Below are positions 45,738 to 54,176 of a stretch of 64,000 nt of DNA, piece after piece. A program made the position numbers and the translations under genes. The stretch comes from Fidelibacterota bacterium (GTDB taxonomy: Bacteria; Fidelibacterota; Marinisomatia; Marinisomatales; TCS55). Under the pieces are notes generated by a model, which made no database searches, was not told the origin of the DNA, and saw only the letters and a list, made by a program, of their open reading frames with translations. Numbering within the stretch: position 1 is the stretch's first letter; each line of letters begins with the position of its first letter. The DNA is taken from contig JASLML010000001.1 of assembly GCA_030746535.1 (NCBI GenBank), positions 368 through 64,367 of the forward strand, in the 5' to 3' direction.

Positions 45738-48139
45738 TTTTCCTCAAGAGTCCTCTTAACGGTCTTTATTTCGAAGACTTCAATTGTATCGCCTTCTTCG
45801 AAGGATTTAACACCTTCTACGCCGATTCCGCACTCAAGACCTTCTTTTACTTCTTTAACGTCATCTTTAAATCGTTTCAAGGAATTTATCGATCCTTCAT
45901 GAATCACTTCATTTTCATGCAAGACTCGAGCCTTCGAGCCGCGGTTAATGACTCCCATGATTACTTTTGTTCCAGCGATATTGCCGATTTTCGGAATTTT
46001 GAATTGTGTAAGAATTTCAGCCTTACCAATAATTTCTTCAATTTCATCAGGCTCGAGTAAGCCTTCAAGGGCAAGTTTTATCTCTTCTACTGCATTATAA
46101 ATAACGGAATAATTGCGAATTTCCACACCTTCCTGCTTTGCCTGAAGTTTTGCATTGGAACTCACCTGAACATTGAATCCGATAATAACTGCCTGCGAAG
46201 CAGCTGCCAGAAGAACATCCGATTCCGAAATCATTCCAACTGCTTTATGGATGATTTGCACGCCAACTTCTTCTGTGTTGAGTTTTTCAAAGGTCTCGGA
46301 TAATGCTTCAATGGATCCGTCGACATCACCTTTTATGATGAGCGCGAGATTTCGGATGGATCCTTCTTTGATCATAGCGGACATAGCATCCAAAGATTGA
46401 GTGCCAATTTTCTTTTGATCAATTTCCCGTTTAATTCTCTGGCGTTCAGAAGAAACACGTTTTAATTCACGCTCATTATCCACTACGGACAAAATATCAG
46501 CAGTCTGCGGTACTTTATCAAAGCCGAGAACCTGAATTGCATCAGAAGGAAACGCTTCCTTTATACGCTGTCCGCGTTCATTTAATAAGGCACGAACCTT
46601 ACCGGAATAGCTTGCACACATAAAAGGATCGCCAACTTTTAAGGTCCCTTTCTGAATCAAAACCGTGGCAATAGCGCCATGACCCTTATCCAATCTTGAA
46701 TCAATAACAGTGCCCTTGGCATTTGTATCTTTGTTTGCTTTTAGTTCCAGCACTTCAGATTCAAGTATAATTGCATTCATCAAATCATCCATTCCATCGC
46801 CTGATTTTGCAGAAATCGGAATTGCCTGAACTTTTCCGCCCCAGTCTTCGACCAAAACTTCATGCTCTGACAATTCCCGTTTTACTCGGTCTACGTCCGT
46901 ATCGGGAAGATCAATTTTATTGATGGCAATAATGAGAGGGACATCCGCCGCTTTAGCGTGATCAATGGATTCAATAGTCTGCGGCATGACGCCATCGTTT
47001 GCCGCGACAACAAGCACAACCATATCCGTAACCTGAGCACCTCTCGCACGCATTGCTGTAAATGCTTCATGTCCGGGCGTATCCAAAAAGGTAATATGAT
47101 TTCCGGATTCAAGCTCCACTTTATAAGCTCCAATATGCTGGGTGATTCCACCGGATTCACCGGCGACTACATTTGCATCTCTTATATAATCCAGCAAAGA
47201 AGTTTTTCCATGATCAACATGGCCCATTACAGTTACAACCGGTGCGCGGTCAGAAGCTTGTGCTGCATCCTCTTCGGTTTCCTCAAATGAATAGAGATCT
47301 TCGCCAACATCCGTAATTTTTTCTGCTGATTTTCCGTATTCTTCAGCAAGCAGTTCAATAACATCCCAATCGAGACGCTGGTTAATGGTTGCAAGTACAC
47401 CCAAAGCCATACATTTTTGAATGATCTCACTTGATGAAACATCAAAAATTTTCCCTAATTCTTCTACGCTTGAAAATTCTGCAATCCCAATGGAAGTCAA
47501 TTCTTCTTCATTTTCCAGCTCGTCCTTGACCTTATCTTTTTTATAAACTTTCTTCTTAGACTTAGTCTGCATTTTGGCCATGGTTGCCTTCACTTTTTGG
47601 TCAGTCGTTTTTGCAGTGGTTTTTTCTTTGCCGCTTTCTTTATCTTTTCTGCGTTTCGACGATTGGCCTACTTGTGATTCTATTGCAGTTAAATCAATTC
47701 TTCTAAGTTTCCTTTTGGGTTTGGCCTTGACTTCTTTTTTCTTCTCCGCCCTTTCTTTTTCTTTTTTTGCCTTTTTAGATGCTTCTTTTTCAGAAGCTTC
47801 TTTTTTTGCCTGCTTCTCTTTTTCAGCAGCTTTTTCTTTTTCAGCCTTCTCAAGGCCGCGCTGTTCTTCTAGGGAAAGTAATTTTATTTTTTTATGTGCT
47901 AATTGCTCTGCCTTAACGCGTGAATCATGAATTTCACGACGAACTTGTTCTTTACGATAGCGATCAACATTTTCCTTATCTTTGGAAAATTCAGCCATAA
48001 TTAATGCATGAGCTTCTTCGTCAACCGGTGACATATGGCTTCCGACTTCAATCCCCTTACCTTTCAAAAAGGATACGATTTCAGTGTGGGATATATTGAG
48101 CTCTTTAGCTAATTGAAATATGCGAATTGGGCGTGCCAT
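45734..48139 (-). CDS. infB: Translation initiation factor IF-2
   Basis: MARPIRIFQLAKELN N-terminus, a K/E-rich linker, the G domain (VTVMGHVDHGKTSLLD, DTPGH, NKID) and the C-terminal domains. The start is set at ATG 48139, because the longer ORF start (48217) lies inside nusA. Confidence 0.95.
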   Translation of the reverse strand: MARPIRIFQLAKELNISHTEIVSFLKGKGIEVGSHMSPVDEEAHALIMAEFSKDKENVDRYRKEQVRREIHDSRVKAEQLAHKKIKLLSLEEQRGLEKAEKEKAAEKEKQAKKEASEKEASKKAKKEKERAEKKKEVKAKPKRKLRRIDLTAIESQVGQSSKRRKDKESGKEKTTAKTTDQKVKATMAKMQTKSKKKVYKKDKVKDELENEEELTSIGIAEFSSVEELGKIFDVSSSEIIQKCMALGVLATINQRLDWDVIELLAEEYGKSAEKITDVGEDLYSFEETEEDAAQASDRAPVVTVMGHVDHGKTSLLDYIRDANVVAGESGGITQHIGAYKVELESGNHITFLDTPGHEAFTAMRARGAQVTDMVVLVVAANDGVMPQTIESIDHAKAADVPLIIAINKIDLPDTDVDRVKRELSEHEVLVEDWGGKVQAIPISAKSGDGMDDLMNAIILESEVLELKANKDTNAKGTVIDSRLDKGHGAIATVLIQKGTLKVGDPFMCASYSGKVRALLNERGQRIKEAFPSDAIQVLGFDKVPQTADILSVVDNERELKRVSSERQRIKREIDQKKIGTQSLDAMSAMIKEGSIRNLALIIKGDVDGSIEALSETFEKLNTEEVGVQIIHKAVGMISESDVLLAAASQAVIIGFNVQVSSNAKLQAKQEGVEIRNYSVIYNAVEEIKLALEGLLEPDEIEEIIGKAEILTQFKIPKIGNIAGTKVIMGVINRGSKARVLHENEVIHEGSINSLKRFKDDVKEVKEGLECGIGVEGVKSFEEGDTIEVFEIKTVKRTLEEN

Positions 48140-48143
48140 AATA

Positions 48144-49712
48144 TTATGCTGTTTCTTCCACTTTCTCTTCTTGAATAGAATCGGTTTCCGGTTCTTTTTC
48201 ATCCTCTTCTGAAACATGTTTCACAACATCGTCATCAGAAGACTCTTCTTCACTGTCTTCACCTTCCGATTCATTTTGATCTACAGCAGACTCTTCAAGA
48301 TCCTCTTCATTTATCAATTCATTCGCTTCTTCAGTCTCTTGCCCTTCTTCCGTTTCATGAACGTCATCTTCAGAAACATCATCTGCCGCAAAATCTTCAC
48401 CATCTTCATTTGAATCTTCAGATGATTCCAGATCATAAGGAAGCACTAATTCTTCTTCGGGTTCTTCATCAGGTTTTACCGCTTCCTTCATAAATATATC
48501 AACGGAATCATACACTTTTTCGAGCACGTCGTCATCCAATACATCTACAAGCGCATCATCACTGGCTGAATCCAAGTCGCCAACGGTTACGATTTCCATT
48601 TTCTCGAGTGGTTTTACGGCCGTTATTGGGAAATCCGGGACTTCAGCTACGGGTGTTTTCTGAGCTTCTATTCGCTTTTGATATTCAATTTCACCGAATG
48701 CATCAATGCGGTATTGGGTGACTTTTGAAGCTAAATTGATATTCACACCACCGCGTCCGATAGCAATATCCAAATCGTCATCATAGAATATGGCAACGCA
48801 GTATTTACTTTCGTCCTCAATAAAAAGTTTGATTGGTTTCGCCGGAGAAAGCGCACGTGAAATCAACACCTCAGGCTGTTCACTTGAATTAATAATATCA
48901 ATTTTCTCGTTATCCAATTCCCGAACAATTGCTTGAATTCTGCTACCTCTCATACCAACACATGCGCCAACAGGATCAATGCGCCGGTCCGAAGATTTCA
49001 CAATAATTTTTGCTCTTTCGCCTGGCTGCCTTGCGATAGATGTTATGTCAATAAATCCATCTTCAATTTCCGGCACTTCCATTTCAAACAGTTTATATAG
49101 AAAATGGTTGTCACTTCGGGAAACTATGATCTCCGGTCCTTTTGGCGTTACTTCTACGGATTTGATAAGCGCACGAATCGTATCGCCTCTTCGGTATCGT
49201 TCAGTCGAAATTTGCTCTTTCCTCGGCATCATCAATTCAGCCTGTTCAATGTTAACGAACACCCTGTCTCTGTGAACCTGCCGAACAGTTCCGATAACAA
49301 TCTCGCCAATTCTATTTGCATAATCCTCATAGATATTCTGCTTTTCGATATCTAATAGGCGCTGACTAAAAAATTGTTTTGCAGCATGCACAAGGCGACG
49401 ACCGAATTGTTCTGCTTCTATCACTTCAACAAACGTGTCGCCGATTTCCAATCCGGGCTCGATTTTCGTGGCTTCCTCAAGGGAAATCTCAAGAACGGGA
49501 TCCATGACATCATCAACAATTTCTTTCTCTGCAAAGATCTCGATTTCACCCTTATCCAGATTAACAATAACACTGACGTTGGATGCCTCCCCTCGTTCTT
49601 TCTCAATGATATGAAGAAATAACTGCTCTAGGATAGTTCCAAGTTCAGATCTCTCTACATTCTTCGTCCTTGCAACGTCAGCGAAAAAATCAATTAATTC
49701 TCTATTTATCAC
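48144..49712 (-). CDS. nusA: Transcription termination/antitermination factor NusA with long acidic C-terminal tail
   Basis: N-terminal domain, S1 domain (GTVRQVHRDRVFVNI), KH1/KH2 (VGACVGMRGSRIQAI, IGRGGVNINLASKV), then a ~140-aa Asp/Glu-rich tail. Confidence 0.95.
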   Translation of the reverse strand: MINRELIDFFADVARTKNVERSELGTILEQLFLHIIEKERGEASNVSVIVNLDKGEIEIFAEKEIVDDVMDPVLEISLEEATKIEPGLEIGDTFVEVIEAEQFGRRLVHAAKQFFSQRLLDIEKQNIYEDYANRIGEIVIGTVRQVHRDRVFVNIEQAELMMPRKEQISTERYRRGDTIRALIKSVEVTPKGPEIIVSRSDNHFLYKLFEMEVPEIEDGFIDITSIARQPGERAKIIVKSSDRRIDPVGACVGMRGSRIQAIVRELDNEKIDIINSSEQPEVLISRALSPAKPIKLFIEDESKYCVAIFYDDDLDIAIGRGGVNINLASKVTQYRIDAFGEIEYQKRIEAQKTPVAEVPDFPITAVKPLEKMEIVTVGDLDSASDDALVDVLDDDVLEKVYDSVDIFMKEAVKPDEEPEEELVLPYDLESSEDSNEDGEDFAADDVSEDDVHETEEGQETEEANELINEEDLEESAVDQNESEGEDSEEESSDDDVVKHVSEEDEKEPETDSIQEEKVEETA

Positions 49713-49727
49713 GATGCCTCCCCATGT

Positions 49728-50162
49728 TTAATGAAAGGTGATTTTAATTTTTGCTTCAATAATATCTGCATAGCTCACTGTTTCAGGATCCGTATTACCC
49801 GATACAAATTGAATTTCATCATCATCTGCTTGCACCAATTTGGCCTGAAGACGATTTTGTTTTCCATCCTTGTTAATGCAAAGCTTTAACGTGCGTCCAA
49901 TATGTTTTTTGAATTGAAATGATTCAGTCAACGGGGCGCTGAGCCCCGGAGATGATACTTCCAAATTGCATCCGGAAGGAAACGGTTCATCGAGAATACC
50001 GGATTCATTGACCAATGTTGCAATTTCCGCAGTCTTCTGAAGGTCAATTGTATTTTCTGAATCAATGATTAGGCGAACAGATCTCCCTCTTGAATTTTCT
50101 TTCACATCCATGAGATGGATCCCTTTCGGGAGCAATTTGCTAACTTGTTCTTTTATCATCAT
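49728..50162 (-). CDS. rimP: Ribosome maturation factor RimP
   Basis: The LEVSSPGL motif, its size, and its position immediately upstream of nusA. Confidence 0.85.
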   Translation of the reverse strand: MMIKEQVSKLLPKGIHLMDVKENSRGRSVRLIIDSENTIDLQKTAEIATLVNESGILDEPFPSGCNLEVSSPGLSAPLTESFQFKKHIGRTLKLCINKDGKQNRLQAKLVQADDDEIQFVSGNTDPETVSYADIIEAKIKITFH

Positions 50163-50173
50163 GTCCTATACAA

Positions 50174-50204
50174 GCAAAAAGTGGGTCGCGCAACCCACTT
50201 TTCA
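50174..50204 (-). terminator. Hairpin terminator after the 50264..50932 gene
   Basis: On the minus strand, AAAGTGGGT-TGCGCG-ACCCACTTT is followed by TTGCTTG. It lies between the TPR gene and rimP. Confidence 0.6.
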
Positions 50205-50263
50205 CATTATAAATTATACCGAATTACCGACTTATCAAACGTCAATATCTTCCGGATTTTTCC

Positions 50264-50932
50264 TTATAATTGTCCTTTCAGGCGTTCGGCCTTTTCGCGG
50301 AAAGGATTACTCGGATTCGTATCATTTATAATTTCATCCAATATCTTATGTGCATCGGATTCGGATTCATCCAATATATACATAGAAGCAAGTTCCAGAT
50401 TATACTTGTGTAAGTCTGTTTTAATAACACAAGATTGGACTGCATTCGAATAATTTTTAATTGCTGTTCGATAATCCTCATCAATTTCAGCGAGTTTTCC
50501 AATTGTCGCGTATGCGCTTGATGCAAGCATTGCAATCTCAGGGTTTTTTACATATGCAGTCATATACGTTTCGGCAAGATCGTATTCTCCGCGGTCGAAA
50601 TAGAGCCGTCCCAAGTAAAATGCGGAAATCTTCCCGCTTGGGGTGCGGCCATAATCATCTCTGATTGCTTCAAATTCCAACAGAGCATTATCCACGTCCC
50701 CCTGTTCAAATAATACCATAGCGCGATTCAAAATGGAATGCGCTTCTTCTGCCTTCGCCTTCATATTCCTGGTTATCATTGTTCCAATTAGTGCAATAGC
50801 CACAATCCCAATCAGTCCGTTTCTGTACAGTGTCGAATGCGTTTCAATATTTTGCTGAATAGAACTCACCCCTTCTAATAAAGGATCCCTTTTCAGCTCT
50901 TTTTGATACATTTTCTTTTTTGGTTTTAACAT
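50264..50932 (-). CDS. Membrane-anchored tetratricopeptide-repeat protein (YfgM-like architecture)
   Basis: A single N-terminal TM (LIGIVAIALIGTMI) followed by TPR-like helices (AFYLGRLYFDRGEYDLAETY...). Confidence 0.55.
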   Translation of the reverse strand: MLKPKKKMYQKELKRDPLLEGVSSIQQNIETHSTLYRNGLIGIVAIALIGTMITRNMKAKAEEAHSILNRAMVLFEQGDVDNALLEFEAIRDDYGRTPSGKISAFYLGRLYFDRGEYDLAETYMTAYVKNPEIAMLASSAYATIGKLAEIDEDYRTAIKNYSNAVQSCVIKTDLHKYNLELASMYILDESESDAHKILDEIINDTNPSNPFREKAERLKGQL

Positions 50933-50946
50933 TGTTTTTCCTTTCG

Positions 50947-51018
50947 TGCCCTTGGCAGGGATCGAACCTACATCTAATCCTTAGGAGGGACCTATTCTAT
51001 CCATTGAACTACAAGGGC
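50947..51018 (-). tRNA. tRNA-Arg (anticodon CCT)
   Basis: Reverse-complement cloverleaf: acceptor GCCCTTG/CAAGGGC, D arm GTTC-AATGGATA-GAAT, anticodon stem GGTCC/GGATT (two G-U pairs) with loop CTCCTAA, T arm GTAGG-TTCGATC-CCTGC. Confidence 0.8.
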
Positions 51019-51277
51019 AGACAAGAAAATTAATTCCTATTCTACATACGAAAAAAGAAGGAATAGGTGGCTCTTAGAGCTCTTTTCACTCAGCCATCTG
51101 CACAGTTGATTAAATCCTTTATAGCACCCCATAACATTGATATTCATTCGCAAATTATATATATATCAAGTATTTATTTAAATGGTTCATACGTAGTCTA
51201 ATACTAATCCTATATTATTAATAGTTGACAATATTTTAGGGTGTCTTATTTTCTTGCACAAGATTTTTGGATTGTTT

Positions 51278-51361
51278 GCCGGGGTGGCGGAATTGGTAGA
51301 CGCGCTGGTCTCAAACACCAGTGGAGCTTGCTCCGTGTCGGTTCGAGCCCGACCCTCGGCA
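51278..51361 (+). tRNA. tRNA-Leu (anticodon CAA), long variable arm
   Basis: Acceptor GCCGGGG/CCTCGGC, anticodon stem CTGGT/ACCAG with loop CTCAAAC, long variable arm (TGGAGCTTGCTCCGT), T arm GTCGG-TTCGAGC-CCGAC. Confidence 0.9.
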
Positions 51362-51450
51362 CATCTGTAATAAAAAAAATCTTGCATCTATTTAATTAAA
51401 CATTTACTTTAAAGTAGAAGGTGCTGGTTTGGTACCTTTGGTATGTGGAA

Positions 51451-51505
51451 GGGGTAGACCTTCACCTTGTTCCGAGGTCATTGTGAAGTCTACCCCGCTT
51501 TTTTT
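51451..51505 (+). terminator. Strong rho-independent terminator
   Basis: GGGGTAGAC(C)TTCAC ...17-nt loop... GTGAAGTCTACCCC followed by GC and TTTTTTT. It overlaps the 3' end of the convergent 51490..51852 gene. Confidence 0.8.
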
Positions 51506-51852
51506 ATCTGTAACTGATTAAATACTTTAACTGTTAGCTTTTTCCTAAGTAATAATTCAATATCCGATATTAAAGCATCACTTAATATTATTTGATCTAG
51601 CGCAGACTGGTACTTTAAAATATTCGTTTTAGATTTTTCGATTAAATAGATTGCCGCTTCATTCTTCTTTTGAAGGCAATTCAAATATGCCCCAGATAAT
51701 TGAATAAAAGGCTTTAGGATGATTCGACGATCATCATCCCTTAGATCTTTCCAGACTTTCTCCCAGCATTCGTGCGCTCTATCATATTTGCAGGAATTGA
51801 AAGCTTCAATTCCCGAAAAAATATTTTTTATATGCTTTTCGGTAAATTCCAT
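51490..51852 (-). CDS. DUF309-like protein
   Basis: FNSCKYDRAHECWEKVWKD matches the DUF309 core (F..g.y..aHE.wE..W). Confidence 0.5.
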   Translation of the reverse strand: MEFTEKHIKNIFSGIEAFNSCKYDRAHECWEKVWKDLRDDDRRIILKPFIQLSGAYLNCLQKKNEAAIYLIEKSKTNILKYQSALDQIILSDALISDIELLLRKKLTVKVFNQLQIKKAG

Positions 51853-51878
51853 AAAAAAAGGGGCAATTATGTTGCCCC
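51853..51878 (-). terminator. Hairpin plus U-tract after the 51911..52423 gene
   Basis: On the minus strand, GGGGCAA-CATAA-TTGCCCC is followed by TTTTTTT, and this runs straight into the ATG of the next gene. Confidence 0.6.
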
Positions 51879-51910
51879 CCTTCTAATTTTGTCAATATGC
51901 TATACAGATA

Positions 51911-52423
51911 TTATTCTTTTTTAGACTTAGCCTTCTCTTTTTGAATCAGCGGTAAATCTTCAATTTCCTTCAAACGCTTATCGTACGAAGTTGCCGATTG
52001 TTCCAAATCTGCTAATTTCCTTTGTGTTTTTCGTCGAAAACTATCAAAACCATCCTGCAAATCTCGATGATCCTGTTCAATATCCTTAAAGCGGCGATCT
52101 GATATTCTTGTATGCTCATCTAAATTCCATTGAACATTTTCAATTTGTTCAGTAAGAGAATCGGCTACATGCAAAATTAATTCTGTATTGGCCACAATAT
52201 CCGCTTGGGCTTTCCTCAAATGCTTCCCTCTGCCTTCGAATTTCAAATTTAGCTTTCTTAAATCTTCTCTGAATTCCTTATCAACAATATTGATATGCCT
52301 GCTGTCTTGCTCATTTAAAACTGACATTCTGGATTGCATAACATCTGTGACATATTGGAAATATCCTGCAACAACTATTAATACAGCCAATAAACCAAAA
52401 ATAATTTTATCTTTAATATCCAT
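51911..52423 (-). CDS. Hypothetical membrane-anchored coiled-coil protein
   Basis: One N-terminal TM (IIFGLLAVLIVVAGYF), then heptad-like charged sequence. No family recognised. Confidence 0.6.
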   Translation of the reverse strand: MDIKDKIIFGLLAVLIVVAGYFQYVTDVMQSRMSVLNEQDSRHINIVDKEFREDLRKLNLKFEGRGKHLRKAQADIVANTELILHVADSLTEQIENVQWNLDEHTRISDRRFKDIEQDHRDLQDGFDSFRRKTQRKLADLEQSATSYDKRLKEIEDLPLIQKEKAKSKKE

Positions 52424-52430
52424 TAGACCT

Positions 52431-52784
52431 TTATTCCTTTTTACTCAAAGCTTCCAATCGCCGTTCCCACTCACTCATTTCCGAAGGAGCTTCTTCTGTC
52501 GATGAAGCAGATTCAGAATCATCAGTATGCTGTATTTCCGGAGGATCTGTTTCTTCTGTAATTATCTTTTGCAATATTTCCTGTTTTAAAGAAGTGTTTT
52601 CTTTCAGCTGATCTGTTAGTGATTTTATTTCTTCGTTGAAATCTTTAACCGTGGCTTCTAGACGACTAATCAGTTCATCCACCAGTACTTTTCCATAGGA
52701 ATCATTGATACCGTCAAGTAAATCATCAAGCTTACTCGTTAAATATTCTTTTCTGCCTTGCTCTTTATCGAAATCAATTGACAT
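52431..52784 (-). CDS. Hypothetical acidic coiled-coil protein
   Basis: Open frame with a 7-nt gap to the next gene. Charged helical sequence. No family recognised. Confidence 0.5.
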   Translation of the reverse strand: MSIDFDKEQGRKEYLTSKLDDLLDGINDSYGKVLVDELISRLEATVKDFNEEIKSLTDQLKENTSLKQEILQKIITEETDPPEIQHTDDSESASSTEEAPSEMSEWERRLEALSKKE

Positions 52785-52796
52785 AATACAACTCTA

Positions 52797-53345
52797 CTAA
52801 ACGATTATTTGGTAATTATAGGGACGAGAATTTGCAGTAGAAAGATCATGCCTCCAAACGGATTTCTTTACATTCCTTTCCAGCACCCAAGTTTCCTCAA
52901 ATTTTTCAGTATCCTCTTTGATCCCTTTCGCTTTTAATGCGTTGATGATTGGCCAGAATACTTTTTGCTGGATTTCGTATGGCAAACGATCTGAGGTCTG
53001 TTTTTCGGTTAGTACCTCTCCTCCGCCGAACGATGCTTCTGATCCCCTTTTAAATACGTATTTTTCCGCAATGATATGAATTTGGATCATGTCAGTGATA
53101 TATACCGCCAACGCATAATCATAGCGTCTGAGGTCTCGCTTTAAACGAGAAGCCTTTGTCACCATAAAATCGCTCTCTGGGGCAAACACATCCACATTAT
53201 ATCCTAATGATTCAAGCACATCCCTGGTTTTTTCCAGCGCTATTCTTTTTTCTCCCTCGAAATGGAAATACCGTACCATCATTGGCGGCATGGGACACAT
53301 GGAAAATTTTAATGCTAATATGATGGATAGAACCGGCCTAACCAT
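52797..53345 (-). CDS. Hypothetical protein (possible signal/lipoprotein leader)
   Basis: Hydrophobic N-terminus with Cys (LALKFSMC). No family recognised. Confidence 0.5.
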   Translation of the reverse strand: MVRPVLSIILALKFSMCPMPPMMVRYFHFEGEKRIALEKTRDVLESLGYNVDVFAPESDFMVTKASRLKRDLRRYDYALAVYITDMIQIHIIAEKYVFKRGSEASFGGGEVLTEKQTSDRLPYEIQQKVFWPIINALKAKGIKEDTEKFEETWVLERNVKKSVWRHDLSTANSRPYNYQIIV

Positions 53346-53363
53346 TGCCCCAGATTTCTTAAA

Positions 53364-54110
53364 TCAATAAATATCAAAAATGGACGGCAGCGGCTCAGGG
53401 TCCGAGTCAACTTCATCCACCAGCATAAAATCTGGATTATAATATACAAGTTTCATAAAGCTCGATTGGCCGTGAATGATTGGAAAATCTGTTGGAGGAG
53501 TCTGTACAAACCCAGATAAGATGAGTTCGACTTTTGTAGGGGTGACATTCCACGAAGAACGATAAAAGGCACGGGAATATTTAATATTCATAGCATCGGA
53601 ATAGGATGCATTCGGCCCATTCAAAAGCTGATTGGTAGCTTTGGGTGGGCCGTAAACTTCTGTCAGCGTTTTTTCAATCTTAGTAAATAGTTTTACCTGT
53701 TCATCAATATTTTGATGATCCAGAGAATAATCAATTTCAACTTTCCAGAAACCGCCCCTACCATAGAAAAATGCCATAACAACTTCTTCAAGTCCAAGTT
53801 TACCAGACATTGTAACGCTTACAGTATCAGGAGATACTTTTCCAGAATCCATGTAAGCCAGCGTAGGCATTGATGAAATCATGCTGCCCCACGCATACCC
53901 TTTGTAACCAGTTTCCAGTCCGTCCGATCCGGCAACACTTGCCGCTGCTGGTATTTCGACTGATATTTCAGAAGGCGCTTCTGCAGAAACGGTGTCGGTT
54001 CCAACTTCTTCTTCCGCTGCTTGATCCTGAGCATTCAGATAAACCGTTCCTGTGAATGCTATGCAAAATGCATAAATAGCGATATGTGTTCGCAGTGATA
54101 ATAATGTCAT
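53364..54110 (-). CDS. Hypothetical secreted protein
   Basis: Signal peptide (LRTHIAIYAFCIAFTGTVYLNA). No family recognised. Confidence 0.6.
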   Translation of the reverse strand: MTLLSLRTHIAIYAFCIAFTGTVYLNAQDQAAEEEVGTDTVSAEAPSEISVEIPAAASVAGSDGLETGYKGYAWGSMISSMPTLAYMDSGKVSPDTVSVTMSGKLGLEEVVMAFFYGRGGFWKVEIDYSLDHQNIDEQVKLFTKIEKTLTEVYGPPKATNQLLNGPNASYSDAMNIKYSRAFYRSSWNVTPTKVELILSGFVQTPPTDFPIIHGQSSFMKLVYYNPDFMLVDEVDSDPEPLPSIFDIY

Positions 54111-54176
54111 GGGTTCTTTCCTTACCTCGATGAAACAAACTACGCTTTAGCTGTCCTTAGAGGCAAGATTAAAATA

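Noticed and set aside
47574-47930. A 118-aa plus-strand ORF (and 48216..48413 +) antisense to the infB and nusA low-complexity regions.
   Set aside because: It is the mirror image of Lys/Glu-rich (infB) or Asp/Glu-rich (nusA) repeats. Such low-complexity F/S/L-rich antisense frames stay open by composition alone.
48140-48217. A longer infB start at 48217 (MFQKRMKKNRK...).
   Set aside because: It lies within the nusA coding end. The conserved IF-2 N-terminus MARPIRIFQLAKELN begins at the ATG at 48139, 4 nt after the nusA stop.
51019-51277. The 259-nt AT-rich divergent spacer between tRNA-Arg(CCT) and tRNA-Leu(CAA). It includes a TTGACA hexamer at ~51225 and an (AT)n run at ~51160, and might hold a promoter pair or a small RNA.
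   Set aside because: TTGACA has no convincing -10 at a 17-bp spacing. The short hairpins are weak (4-7 bp, AT-rich). I cannot support a specific feature without transcript or conservation data.
51187-51387. A 66-aa minus-strand ORF overlapping tRNA-Leu(CAA).
   Set aside because: It is antisense to a clear tRNA gene, and the remainder is AT-rich spacer.
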